From positions 128,001-175,445 of IMG/VR virus record IMGVR_UViG_3300042923_001771: a stretch of DNA of 47,445 nt. One strand, 5' to 3'. This DNA is from a virus. Lineage: Duplodnaviria; Heunggongvirae; Uroviricota; Caudoviricetes. Shown here in pieces: positions 27,223 to 36,751 of the stretch. The notes beneath the pieces are model-generated. The model ran no database searches and had not been told where the DNA came from. It saw nothing but the letters and a program-made list of their open reading frames with translations. How positions within the stretch are numbered: position 1 is the first letter of the stretch; every line of letters begins with the position of its first letter. The position numbers were made by a program, and so were the translations under genes.

Positions 27223-27627
27223 ATGGCTTTAGAGATTAGTTCTGATTGGCAAGAAATAGCAGATGCAATTATTCAAAAATATCCTATAGCAATGGGACAT
27301 ATAGAAATTGATAAGGTTTTGTTTTTGAACGAAACTGAAAAGACACCTAAGATGAAATATGCTGATACAAGAAATGTTGCATATCCATTCAATTTCATCA
27401 CAGACTATAAATATATCATTATATTTTATGCAAACAATATTCAAGCAATGACAGAAGCACAAAAGCACATGCTTTGCTTTCATGAATTACTGCATATTGA
27501 TGAAACATTTGAAAAACTTAGAAAACACAATATCGAAGACTTTAGAGAGTTAGTCAGTACTTATGGAATCAACTGGGATATTGATCCCAATCTAATAGAT
27601 ATATTGTCAGATGAAGCAGAAGAATAA
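27223..27627 (+). CDS. Putative phage metallopeptidase
   Basis: LCFHELLHI...RKHNIEDFRELVSTYG (HExxH plus HDxExF-like motif). Confidence 0.8.
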   Translation: MALEISSDWQEIADAIIQKYPIAMGHIEIDKVLFLNETEKTPKMKYADTRNVAYPFNFITDYKYIIIFYANNIQAMTEAQKHMLCFHELLHIDETFEKLRKHNIEDFRELVSTYGINWDIDPNLIDILSDEAEE

Positions 27628-27663
27628 AAAAGAAAGTAGTCTTAATTGACTACTTTCTTTTTT
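27626..27663. terminator. Bidirectional terminator overlapping the 3' end of the 27642 ORF
   Basis: AAAAAAGAAAGTAGTC-TTAATT-GACTACTTTCTTTTT. Confidence 0.8.
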
Positions 27664-28619
27664 ACTAATCTTTTTGCTGTTTGTTGTTGACCAGAATTAT
27701 TTTGTTGCTCAGTATTGTATTGCATCTCTAAGTCGGAAAAAGGTATTTCATCAGCACTGTCAAATAAACATAAAATACTGCTATTAAAGACAGTTTTAAT
27801 ATTCTCAATAGTGTTTGGATATTGAGAAAAATAATCCATAAGTTTATTTACCGTAGTATCGTAAATGCTTAATTCATTACTTTCAGCATTATAATTAATG
27901 TCTATTCCTGAAGGACTTATAACATGCATGAACTTTACCACTATGCTAACATCTCCATTAGTGATTGAACCCCTATTTGAGTAAATTGGAGCACCGTACT
28001 CGCCACAAATATTAGCATAATTTGCAATGGACTGATTAATAATTAACCCAGTACTATCAAATATGTAACCCGCATATTTTAATTTATTGTAAAAATCTTC
28101 ATGAGTAGATTTCTTTGGTTTTTCTTTGATGTAAGCGTCCTCTTCTTTTTCAAATAAGCTTTTCTTTTCTGCGTATACTTGTTCAGCTTTGTCAATAGTT
28201 GTTTCTGTAACTTCTTTCATAGTGTAAGGGTTATACAAATAAACTTTTTTAATATAATCTGTCGTTACAATACCTAAAAGTTTAACTTGATCGTTATGAT
28301 TAGAGCTATCTTGCCAAGTTTTAGCAAAAGGAGCATCGTTGTCGTCTGGTTGTAATGCATCTTCTGATACGTCAACCTCTAAAACGACTTTTGGACCTTC
28401 TCCTTTAGCCCAATTTGCATAAGTTTTAGCTCTATCAATTGTTGTAGCTAGAAAAGTAAATCCATCAAATAATATTGGGTCCGCGCCTGCAGGTCCAGCA
28501 CCATTATTTTTTTGCTCGTTCGGATAGATGCCTCCCATTTGTATGATTCCAAGTAAACCCTCATAACTTGTACCATGATACAAGGTTTTTCCAAATGCTT
28601 TCTTAATCAATCTTTTCAA
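27642..28619 (-). CDS. ADP-ribosyltransferase-fold-like protein
   Basis: LYHGTS...FTFLATTIDRAKTYA...VVLEVDV follows the H-Y-type ART pattern; likely TTG start at 28619 after GGAGG, giving MKRLIKKA. Confidence 0.7.
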   Translation of the reverse strand: MKRLIKKAFGKTLYHGTSYEGLLGIIQMGGIYPNEQKNNGAGPAGADPILFDGFTFLATTIDRAKTYANWAKGEGPKVVLEVDVSEDALQPDDNDAPFAKTWQDSSNHNDQVKLLGIVTTDYIKKVYLYNPYTMKEVTETTIDKAEQVYAEKKSLFEKEEDAYIKEKPKKSTHEDFYNKLKYAGYIFDSTGLIINQSIANYANICGEYGAPIYSNRGSITNGDVSIVVKFMHVISPSGIDINYNAESNELSIYDTTVNKLMDYFSQYPNTIENIKTVFNSSILCLFDSADEIPFSDLEMQYNTEQQNNSGQQQTAKRLVKKKVVN

Positions 28620-28703
28620 AGTTTTTACCTCCATGATTTGACTTTATTAGAGAATAAATAAACATGGACAAAATAAAATACTTGTTAAATTTTTAAATTT
28701 CAG

Positions 28704-28732
28704 TTTACAAAATAAAGAAAGTATGATATAAT
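28704..28732 (+). promoter_or_regulatory. Class I SigA-type promoter
   Basis: TTTACA-N17-TATAAT with TG. Confidence 0.8.
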
Positions 28733-28783
28733 TAATATGTACCTAAAAAAAATCCGTTCCTATTATATAAGGAGGTTTTAACA

Positions 28784-29227
28784 ATGTGGCTTGGACTGCT
28801 CGGAGTGTCATTGGTGTTAATGACTATTGGTTTATTAATGATATTTCTTACTGTATTTAAAGCATATTTAAAGTTTGTATTTAGAGGATTAAAAAAATGG
28901 ATAGAAGCAATATCATTCTATTTCTTTTATTTATTCGATAAAAAATTTGTTGTCGATAAAGGCAAATCTGTTCCTTACAAGGATGAAATTCAAATAAGAA
29001 TTGAAGCAGAAGAAGTTAGAAAACAAACATTATATGCAGATAGAAGTGCCAAAGAATTTCTTGGCGCAGTTAATTTCGTTGAAAGTTTAAAGGTAAAATA
29101 CCCTATGGCTGATGAGTACTTATTTCACAATATGACAGAAAATGTACTAAATGCTAAAAACATAAATATCTTTAAAGAACTTGAAGAAACAGTAAAACAC
29201 AGTCATAACACAAACAAGGCAAATTAA
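28784..29227 (+). CDS. Membrane-anchored hypothetical protein
   Basis: N-terminal TM; RBS AAGGAGG. Confidence 0.7.
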   Translation: MWLGLLGVSLVLMTIGLLMIFLTVFKAYLKFVFRGLKKWIEAISFYFFYLFDKKFVVDKGKSVPYKDEIQIRIEAEEVRKQTLYADRSAKEFLGAVNFVESLKVKYPMADEYLFHNMTENVLNAKNINIFKELEETVKHSHNTNKAN

Positions 29228-29299
29228 AATTGCATACAGGAATACATAAGATAAGCTTATCAAAATAGGTAAGCTTTTTATTATGTAGATAAAAAACAG

Positions 29300-29328
29300 T
29301 TTACATTGTTAAGAAAATATGATATAAT
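29300..29328 (+). promoter_or_regulatory. Class I SigA-type promoter
   Basis: TTTACA-N17-TATAAT with TG. Confidence 0.8.
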
Positions 29329-29361
29329 AATAATATAAGGTAATCAAGGAGGAAGAATAAA

Positions 29362-31395
29362 ATGTCAAAGGCAATTAAATTAAAGATGGACAAATTGGTT
29401 GACACAATTCAACTACACAATCACAAATATTTCGTTGAAAACAATCCAGAACTTCCTGATTTAGTATTTGATCAATTAGTAAAGCAACTACAATATTTAG
29501 AAGAAAAATATCCTGAGTACGCAAATGGACAAAGTCCAACTAAGTTTGTTGGTGAACGTTCTGACATTAATACCTTTGAGCAAGTTAAACACAAACGCCC
29601 TATGCTTTCACTTTCCAAAGCGATGAATATGGATGAACTTAAAGAATTCTTATACAAACTTATTGCATCTGGTGTTCGCGACTTCACACTTGAACCTAAA
29701 ATTGATGGATTGGCATTGTCCTTGTATTATGAAACAGGTACACTTGTAAGGGCAGTTACAAGGGGAGATGGAACAACAGGTGATGATGTTACTAAAACAG
29801 CGTTATGTATCAACGACATCCCTAAGAAATTATCATTTAGCTTCACTGGAGAAGTTCGTGGAGAGGCATATTTAAAGAAATCAGTCTTAGAGACTTTCAA
29901 TAAGACTCGCGAATTACTTGGTCTTAAGAAATATAAAAATGTACGTAATACAGCATCTGGCTTAATGAAACGTAAAGAAGTAACTGAAGAAAACTACATC
30001 TTGAGCTTCTTTGCTTACAGTATTTTTGATGACAAGAGAGAGTTCTTCACATATGAAGAATCAATTATGTCATTGAAAGATATGGGTTTCCCAACAACGT
30101 TATTTACTAGAGATAACGTCAAGCATTTATTAATTTCTCATGCTATTACAATTAATGATTTTAGCAACATGCAACTCGAAAACATGTATGAAATTGATGC
30201 AGCGCTTGAAAAAATTGTCAATGACTGGACTGAAATTAGAGATGAATTAGATTATGATATTGATGGTCTAGTTTTGAAAGTAAACGATACTAATGAACAG
30301 CAAACTCTTGGTATGGACGACCATTCTCCAAATTGGGCTACAGCTTATAAGTTCCCAGCAACTGAAAAAGTAACAACTCTTCTTGGAGTAGAATGGACAA
30401 TGGGCAATAAGGGTAACATTACTCCTTGTGCTATCATTGAGCCAGTAGAGATTGGTGGCACCGATGTTGTTGGTCCTACATTGCATAATGTCGATGAATT
30501 GAAAAAGCTAGGAGTTATGATTGGCGATCAAATCGTTGTATCTCGTCGCGGAGACGTTATTCCTAAAGTAGAAAGAGCATTACCAGAGTTGAGAACTGGA
30601 GATGAAACTCCAATTGAAATTCCAACTCATTGCCCAGCATGCGGAGCACCAACAGTTGTTAAAAGTGCTTTCATGGAATGTTCTGCTGGATTTAATTGTT
30701 CTTACATGGAATTTGCTAGAGTACAGAATTTTGTTCACTCGGTAGAAATCGACGAACTTGGTCAAGTTCTAATTGAAAAAATGCTTGAAGCAGAAATTAT
30801 TGAAGATTTTGCAGACCTATACGATGTAAAATCTGAGCAAATCGAAACACTTGAAAGAATGGGCAAACGTTCTGCAGAGAAAGCAGTTAAGAACATTCAA
30901 GCTACTAGAAGTGTAGATTTGCACAAGGTAATTGCTGGCCTTACAATTGATGGCGTAGGTTCAAGTACAGCGAAAGACTTAGCAAATAAATTCCAAGGTT
31001 GGGAAGCATTCCTTTATGCCACAGAAGAACAACTTCGTTCCATTGATGGTATTGGGCCAATAGTAGCTAAAAATATCGTTGAATGGTGTCAAAACCCAGT
31101 CAATCAAAATCTGATTGGCAAACTCATTGATAGAGAAATTGGCAAATATGAAGTATTTGTACCATCTTCTGGTAAGTTGAATGGTAAAGTATTTGCAACT
31201 AGTGGTACTCTAACTATTGGTCGCAAGGAACTTGAAAAAACTATCCTTGATAATGGTGGAGAGTTCACAAGTATTAAAAAAGGTGTTACTCACTTTATTG
31301 CTGGTGAAGGTTGCGTTGAAGCTAAAAAGGACAAGGCAGCAAAGCTTGGAGCAAAAGTAATTTCTGGACAAGACTTCTTTGAAATGGTAAAGTAA
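29362..31395 (+). CDS. ligA: NAD-dependent DNA ligase
   Basis: MLSL, EPKIDG, TRGDG, EVRGE, DGLVLK, AYKF, TLHN, GDVIP, C4 Zn finger, HhH motifs, BRCT. Confidence 0.97.
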   Translation: MSKAIKLKMDKLVDTIQLHNHKYFVENNPELPDLVFDQLVKQLQYLEEKYPEYANGQSPTKFVGERSDINTFEQVKHKRPMLSLSKAMNMDELKEFLYKLIASGVRDFTLEPKIDGLALSLYYETGTLVRAVTRGDGTTGDDVTKTALCINDIPKKLSFSFTGEVRGEAYLKKSVLETFNKTRELLGLKKYKNVRNTASGLMKRKEVTEENYILSFFAYSIFDDKREFFTYEESIMSLKDMGFPTTLFTRDNVKHLLISHAITINDFSNMQLENMYEIDAALEKIVNDWTEIRDELDYDIDGLVLKVNDTNEQQTLGMDDHSPNWATAYKFPATEKVTTLLGVEWTMGNKGNITPCAIIEPVEIGGTDVVGPTLHNVDELKKLGVMIGDQIVVSRRGDVIPKVERALPELRTGDETPIEIPTHCPACGAPTVVKSAFMECSAGFNCSYMEFARVQNFVHSVEIDELGQVLIEKMLEAEIIEDFADLYDVKSEQIETLERMGKRSAEKAVKNIQATRSVDLHKVIAGLTIDGVGSSTAKDLANKFQGWEAFLYATEEQLRSIDGIGPIVAKNIVEWCQNPVNQNLIGKLIDREIGKYEVFVPSSGKLNGKVFATSGTLTIGRKELEKTILDNGGEFTSIKKGVTHFIAGEGCVEAKKDKAAKLGAKVISGQDFFEMVK

Positions 31396-31455
31396 ATATT
31401 TATCAGGCTGCTTCGGCAGCCTTTCATACATACTAAAATTAGGAGATGATTTAGA

Positions 31456-32229
31456 ATGAATATTCTTATTACTGCTGGTGGAACAAAAGAAGCTATTGAC
31501 AAAGTACGTCATATCACGAATATGTCTAGCGGGTCTCTTGGACGTGAGATTGCTGCATACGCAACCACTAAAGAATCAATTAAAGAAATTCATTTCGTTG
31601 GTCCAAAAGAAGCATTCCCAAAAGTTAAGTTTGGTGATATGCAAGCTGTTGATAAATATGTTGGATATGTTGTTGATTCTGTCGAAGACCTTTCAAGTAC
31701 GCTTGAAAAAATTCTTACTACAAAAAAGATCGATGTAGTCATTCACTCTATGGCAGTAAGCGACTACACTGTTGATTATGTATGCAATTTAGAAGACATG
31801 GTGAACGGCATATTTGAGTATATGAGTGTTGATACTGAGTGTTGTCCTGCAGATGTAATTGATTACATAAAAAAGGGAGAATTTAGAATTGATACAAATT
31901 CTAAAATGTCTTCAAAAAGTGAAGATCCTATTATTAAATTGACACCTACGCAAAAAGTAATTGGTAATATCAAGAAATGGGCTCCAGATACAGTGCTTGT
32001 AGGGTTTAAACTTTTGGAAAATGTATCTGATGATGAATTAATTAAGGTAGCTCGTCAACAAATGCATAAAAATAAATGTGACTTTGTTTGGGCAAATGAT
32101 ATTAAACGTATTAGAGAGACCGGTCACCAAGGGTTATTGATTGAAAATGACGGCGTGACTTGTTTCCATGGTAAAGAGTCAATTGCTAAAGGTATCATCG
32201 ATGCAGTTATACATTATGTTAAGGAGTAA
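31456..32229 (+). CDS. coaB: Phosphopantothenate--cysteine ligase (monofunctional)
   Basis: ILITAGGTKEAIDKVRHITNMSSGSLG, IHSMAVSDY, LVGFKL, WAND. Confidence 0.92.
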   Translation: MNILITAGGTKEAIDKVRHITNMSSGSLGREIAAYATTKESIKEIHFVGPKEAFPKVKFGDMQAVDKYVGYVVDSVEDLSSTLEKILTTKKIDVVIHSMAVSDYTVDYVCNLEDMVNGIFEYMSVDTECCPADVIDYIKKGEFRIDTNSKMSSKSEDPIIKLTPTQKVIGNIKKWAPDTVLVGFKLLENVSDDELIKVARQQMHKNKCDFVWANDIKRIRETGHQGLLIENDGVTCFHGKESIAKGIIDAVIHYVKE

Positions 32230-32235
32230 CTTAAT

Positions 32236-32823
32236 ATGAGAGCACCTAATGGAGAAACAATTAACCAATTCATGAATAAAACATTTGTTGTTGGTATTAC
32301 TGGTGGAATTGCATCGTATAAAGCTATTGGCTTATGTAGTTATCTTAAGCAACAAGGCGCTAGCGTATTTCCCGTTATGACACGTGGAGCAGCAAAAATG
32401 ATCCAACCAGCTTCAGTTAGAGGTGTTGTAGGTAGAGACCCTCTAATTGAAGTTTGGGAAGAGCCAATTCCAAATGCAATTGCTCATATCTATTTAGCTG
32501 AACAAGCTCATGCGATTATTGTGGCTCCAGCAACAGCTCATACAATTGCTAAACACCATGCTGGGTTGGCAGATGATATGCTAACTAATATTCTTTTAGC
32601 GACAGAGAATAAAGAGAAAATACTTTTCTGCCCAGCAATGAACGTTCATATGTGGCAACACCCCGCAACACAAAGAAATGTAAATGAAATGAAGAGTTGG
32701 GGTATTCAATTTCTTGAGCCAACTTCCGGTAATCTTGCTTGTGGAGTAAATGATGTTGGTAGGCTCCCAGAAACTCCAGAAATTGTTGCAAAGATTAAGG
32801 AAATGACAGCATACAAAGCTTAA
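32236..32823 (+). CDS. coaC: Phosphopantothenoylcysteine decarboxylase (HFCD flavoprotein)
   Basis: GITGGIASYK, HIYLA, VAPATA, GLADDML, PAMNVHMW, GNLACG, GRLPE. Confidence 0.92.
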   Translation: MRAPNGETINQFMNKTFVVGITGGIASYKAIGLCSYLKQQGASVFPVMTRGAAKMIQPASVRGVVGRDPLIEVWEEPIPNAIAHIYLAEQAHAIIVAPATAHTIAKHHAGLADDMLTNILLATENKEKILFCPAMNVHMWQHPATQRNVNEMKSWGIQFLEPTSGNLACGVNDVGRLPETPEIVAKIKEMTAYKA

Positions 32824-32832
32824 ATAAGTTTA

Positions 32833-32869
32833 AAAATATCAGCTATTTTAAAATAGCTGATATTTTTTT
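32833..32869 (+). terminator. Intrinsic terminator
   Basis: AAAATATCAGCTATT-loop-AATAGCTGATATTTT. Confidence 0.8.
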
Positions 32870-32919
32870 GTGTTTAAATACGTATTCTGTAATAGAGTAA
32901 ATAAAAAGGAGTGAATAAA

Positions 32920-33627
32920 ATGGCACGTTTAAAGAAAGTCGCTGAACTTCAGGAGTTAAATGAGTTAAATATGTCATCTAACGTTTTGAATGTAATTATT
33001 CAAACTAAAGACGCGAGTGACACTGTAAGTAATGTTGTTTATCGTAGATTAATGAACAACAACACTAAGCTTGTTGTAGAGATTTGGGAATTAACAGGTG
33101 AAAAGTATGCAGTATTCTCTGGTCACTATCAAGGACAATGGACTGCGAATAATATTGAAATGAGCGAAATTTTTGATAGCTTGAATGAAGCTCAATTGTA
33201 TGTTCAAACCGAACTTCAAGGTGAGGCAGAAGTAAACCAACTTATTGTTAGTTTTAAGAGACTTAATAATTACAAAAAGATTATGGCTAAAGGCGGAGAG
33301 CCTAACTATAATCAAATAGCTAAAGATTTTCAAAAAGAAGTAAATATTCCAGATGTTGAGATGCATCATAAGGAACATATCAATAAGTATTATGGGCAAT
33401 TTCAAGATTATATGAAACAATACTATCCAGAGTGGGCTAAATATCCTGCCTATATTTGGGGAGGTTGGGGTCACTTTACAAACCTAGTTAATCCTGATAA
33501 TAGTAAAGATGAGCCAAAAGAAGAAACTCCAAAAGAAGAAGCTACAGTTCCAGCTCAAACCTCTCCTGAGGTTGCACCGTCTGCACCAGTTGGCGGAGAT
33601 ATGGGCGGCGGTGGCGAAGGCGAATAA
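32920..33627 (+). CDS. Hypothetical protein with the basic N-terminal tag MARLKKVA and an acidic/Gly tail
   Basis: ATG at 32920 after AAGGAG; internal FKRLNNYKKIMA. Confidence 0.7.
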   Translation: MARLKKVAELQELNELNMSSNVLNVIIQTKDASDTVSNVVYRRLMNNNTKLVVEIWELTGEKYAVFSGHYQGQWTANNIEMSEIFDSLNEAQLYVQTELQGEAEVNQLIVSFKRLNNYKKIMAKGGEPNYNQIAKDFQKEVNIPDVEMHHKEHINKYYGQFQDYMKQYYPEWAKYPAYIWGGWGHFTNLVNPDNSKDEPKEETPKEEATVPAQTSPEVAPSAPVGGDMGGGGEGE

Positions 33628-33873
33628 TTTTCGTAAAAACTTTTAGTAATTTGTTAAAAATGTGTGAGACTCCGTATATTATATACTCATCAAAAGCAAA
33701 TAGCTGCAAGGACATGATTCCTGCTATGTTGCTAGAAAATATTTATAAAATTGCTTTATTCCAGCAGTTATAAATCGTTCTAGCGTTTATATATAGTAAA
33801 CGGAAGAGTCCAAAGGCAAATAGTACCTTACATTCCAAAAAACTTTTGAAAACAAAAAACGGAGGTTTCACAC

Positions 33874-34161
33874 ATGAGAAAAGCAGAATTAGTATCTAAA
33901 TTAGTAGACAGAGTAGAAGGTTTGAATGCAGACAAGGCGTCAAAAGCGGTAAATGCAATATTTGACATTATTTCCGAGGCTCTTGAAAAAGGCGATTCCT
34001 ATAGCCAAGATAAATTCGGTACATTTAAAGTTGTAACTCGCGCTCCTCGTAAAGGTCGCAATCCTAAGACTGGAGAAACTATTGACATTGATGCTAAAGC
34101 AGCAGTTAAATTGGTTGTTTCTTCCCATCTTAAAGATTCTGTAAACAACGCTAATAACTAA
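33874..34161 (+). CDS. HU DNA-binding protein
   Basis: MRKAELV...FGTFKVVTRAPRKGRNPKTGE...LKDSVN. Confidence 0.95.
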   Translation: MRKAELVSKLVDRVEGLNADKASKAVNAIFDIISEALEKGDSYSQDKFGTFKVVTRAPRKGRNPKTGETIDIDAKAAVKLVVSSHLKDSVNNANN

Positions 34162-34260
34162 GATATAAAAGAAAGAAGATACTTACCGGTATCTTCTTTT
34201 TTAATTTTTAAAATTTATACATAGCATATATATAATAATAAAAAGAAGGGAGAGATACTA

Positions 34261-34815
34261 GTGTCAGTTTATATTGCAGTGGAATTTGATCCAAAGACAA
34301 TGCAACGATTAAAACAAAAACAATTGATAGTTAAACATAATAGTAAAAAGGGAGACTTTGTACAACCTGAAACTTTTCATGTAACGGTATTGTTTTGTAA
34401 AGGTGGCAACGCGGGATACAAAAGAGAAGATTATGTAAAAGCTATTGATGAAATGGGTAAGAGATACAATCCTAAATCTTTCCAAGTTCAACTTGAAAAT
34501 TTTGGTCAATTTGAAAATGGCGGAGACGAAGGTAATGTTGTATGGGTTGGTCTTAAAAATAGCTTACCATTATACGAGATCAAAAAGCAGCTTCAAGAAA
34601 CAATGCAATCACTACAAGTATCCATTGAAAAGTCTCAGTTTCCTGGATATACTCCTCACGTTACTATGGGATATAACGTAATAATAAATGACAACTTTGA
34701 TTGCAAATTCGAAGATGAGGAACCAGTAACTATAAAATCAATAGCATTATGGGATAGCTTTAAGGCTAATGATGCGTATGTTTACAATAAGGTTCATGAA
34801 TTATTCTTCAATTAA
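34261..34815 (+). CDS. 2H phosphoesterase (RNA 2',3'-cyclic phosphodiesterase, ThpR/LigT-like)
   Basis: Two HxT motifs (FHVTVLF, PHVTMG); VYIAV; VVWVG. Confidence 0.85.
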   Translation: MSVYIAVEFDPKTMQRLKQKQLIVKHNSKKGDFVQPETFHVTVLFCKGGNAGYKREDYVKAIDEMGKRYNPKSFQVQLENFGQFENGGDEGNVVWVGLKNSLPLYEIKKQLQETMQSLQVSIEKSQFPGYTPHVTMGYNVIINDNFDCKFEDEEPVTIKSIALWDSFKANDAYVYNKVHELFFN

Positions 34816-34909
34816 TTTAATTACATGTTAAAAGATATACACAATATGATTATTATATAATTATAAAAAAGAATAAAACAAAACCCACAAAAAGAAAGAG
34901 GTAATTTAA

Positions 34910-35467
34910 ATGTCTAAAAAGAGCTGGTTAGAAAAAATTGGTTTGGTTGAGTCTACTAACAATACGGATCACGAACTCTCAAAATTGGAAGCAACATATG
35001 GATCATCATTAGCTGATGACAATTATGTCCCGACTGTAGAAGTAGATATGAGTGGCGAAGATTTCTTGGATGTACCAGCAATTTATGAACGCTCCGGCTT
35101 GGCAGATAAAAGTCGTTCCATTTTCAAGGTTGATGAATTTACTAAAGTACTTCCTGACAGCATGACTACTGATCAAAAACGTCAATCCGTCATTGGTATC
35201 CTTGCAGTCAATGGCCTAACCATTGAAGAACTTCAGGCTGATGCTGAACAACGTCTTGGAGCGCTTCAAACTGTAAGCGAAACAACTACAAATAATACTG
35301 CTGCGCTTATTATTGAAAAAGATGCAGAAATTACTAGATTGTTGAGCGAGGTAGATGCTCTCAAACAGCAAATCAATGAGCGTAAGCTTTCTCAAGAGCA
35401 CGAAGACAAGCTTATTAAAGAAGAAGTAGATAAAGTTTCAGCTATTGTAAAATTCATTAGTGCTTAA
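34910..35467 (+). CDS. Coiled-coil protein, partner of the PspA-like gene
   Basis: N-terminal WLEKIGLVE amphipathic helix; C-terminal coiled coil; operonic with 35501. Confidence 0.7.
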   Translation: MSKKSWLEKIGLVESTNNTDHELSKLEATYGSSLADDNYVPTVEVDMSGEDFLDVPAIYERSGLADKSRSIFKVDEFTKVLPDSMTTDQKRQSVIGILAVNGLTIEELQADAEQRLGALQTVSETTTNNTAALIIEKDAEITRLLSEVDALKQQINERKLSQEHEDKLIKEEVDKVSAIVKFISA

Positions 35468-35500
35468 TTTACTAATTCTAAAAAACGGAGGAAATTCTAA

Positions 35501-36244
35501 ATGGAAACTTTAATTGTAGTTCTAATTGTTGTAGCTTTGATTGCTGTTTTATTGTTTGGCGGTGGAAAGCTTCGAATTCTCATGAAAGGGTTTGTTGGAC
35601 TTTTCGTTGAGGATCTTGCAAAAACTCCTGATGGTGCTGCAGCAGTCTATACTGCTGCTATTGATAAAGCTCAAAATCAATATAACATTGCAAACGACAC
35701 ATTACAGAGGGTAGCTGGTCAACTTGAGGCAGCAAAATCTGATTTGGAAAATACCAAAAAAGAACTTGCTGAATGTGAAAACAAAGCAGAAGCTTTTGCA
35801 AAAGCCCAACAATGGGATAAAGTTGAATTATTTGCAAATCAACGTAATGATTTGGTTGAAGAATGTGAAAACAAAGCATCTGATATAGCTCGTTTAGCAC
35901 CTATCTTTGAAGAAGCAAAGCTTATTAATAACAACTTGGAAGCTAAACTTGTTAAGTTGAAGAAAGATAAGATTCGTGTTGTAAATGATCTTAAGATGAA
36001 CAAACAACTTAAAGGTATGTATGATGATATGGACGAGTTGAAAAACAACAACGACATTGACAAGATGGTTGATGCTGTTAAAACTGGCGTTCGTGATAGT
36101 CGTGAAACAGCAGTCGGCGCACGGACTGTCCATGATAACAAAATTTCAACTAAGATCACAAATGCAAATGCTGAAGCAAAAAAACTTCAAGGTTCAGACT
36201 ATGCTAATGAGCTTAAAAAGAAATTCAATCCCGGTCAAAAATAA
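35501..36244 (+). CDS. PspA/IM30-like protein with an N-terminal TM anchor
   Basis: TM, then KGFVGLFVEDLAKTPDGAAAVY (E-P motif position), long helical hairpin, A-rich C-terminus ending ELKKK. Confidence 0.65.
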   Translation: METLIVVLIVVALIAVLLFGGGKLRILMKGFVGLFVEDLAKTPDGAAAVYTAAIDKAQNQYNIANDTLQRVAGQLEAAKSDLENTKKELAECENKAEAFAKAQQWDKVELFANQRNDLVEECENKASDIARLAPIFEEAKLINNNLEAKLVKLKKDKIRVVNDLKMNKQLKGMYDDMDELKNNNDIDKMVDAVKTGVRDSRETAVGARTVHDNKISTKITNANAEAKKLQGSDYANELKKKFNPGQK

Positions 36245-36321
36245 CGTTAATATATTCTATTCGACAAGGTTGAGGATTATTCCTCAATCTTGTTTTATTT
36301 TTGAAAAGTTTATAAAATCCG

Positions 36322-36349
36322 TTTACAAAATTCGAGAATGTGATATAAT
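36322..36349 (+). promoter_or_regulatory. Class I SigA-type promoter
   Basis: TTTACA-N16-TATAAT with TG and downstream ATAAGG. Confidence 0.75.
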
Positions 36350-36376
36350 AAATATATAAGGAAATAAGAAAAGGAG

Positions 36377-36649
36377 ATGAAATTCAAAATGTTTGAAAAA
36401 ATCAATGTTGATAGTCAAGAGAAGTTTGACAAAAGATACGGTGATAAAATGTCACTAAGTGATTTTCTTGAATCATGTGAAGATGGTAGTTTTATTGATT
36501 ACGATGGATTTGCCTCCGAAATTATTCTAAATGGCAACGTAATACATAAAGCGCACTTTTATCCTTCTGATGCGTTAGAAAATAAAAACAAACTACTAGC
36601 GCTTCAAAATGAACTTGGAGAATTGGAGATTGTTTGGTATAATCGATGA
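36377..36649 (+). CDS. Phage hypothetical protein
   Basis: ORF with its own promoter and RBS; FIDYDG...VWYNR. Confidence 0.7.
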   Translation: MKFKMFEKINVDSQEKFDKRYGDKMSLSDFLESCEDGSFIDYDGFASEIILNGNVIHKAHFYPSDALENKNKLLALQNELGELEIVWYNR

Positions 36650-36751
36650 TTTAAACTTCTTGAAATGTATGTTAAAAAAAGATAAACTCTTATTTAAGAT
36701 TATTACATAATTATTATTTAAAATAATTCAAAATAAAAGGAGCAAACTAAA

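Noticed and set aside
36260-36266. Spo0A box TTCGACA
   Set aside because: A single 7-mer at the edge of a terminator hairpin; expected by chance
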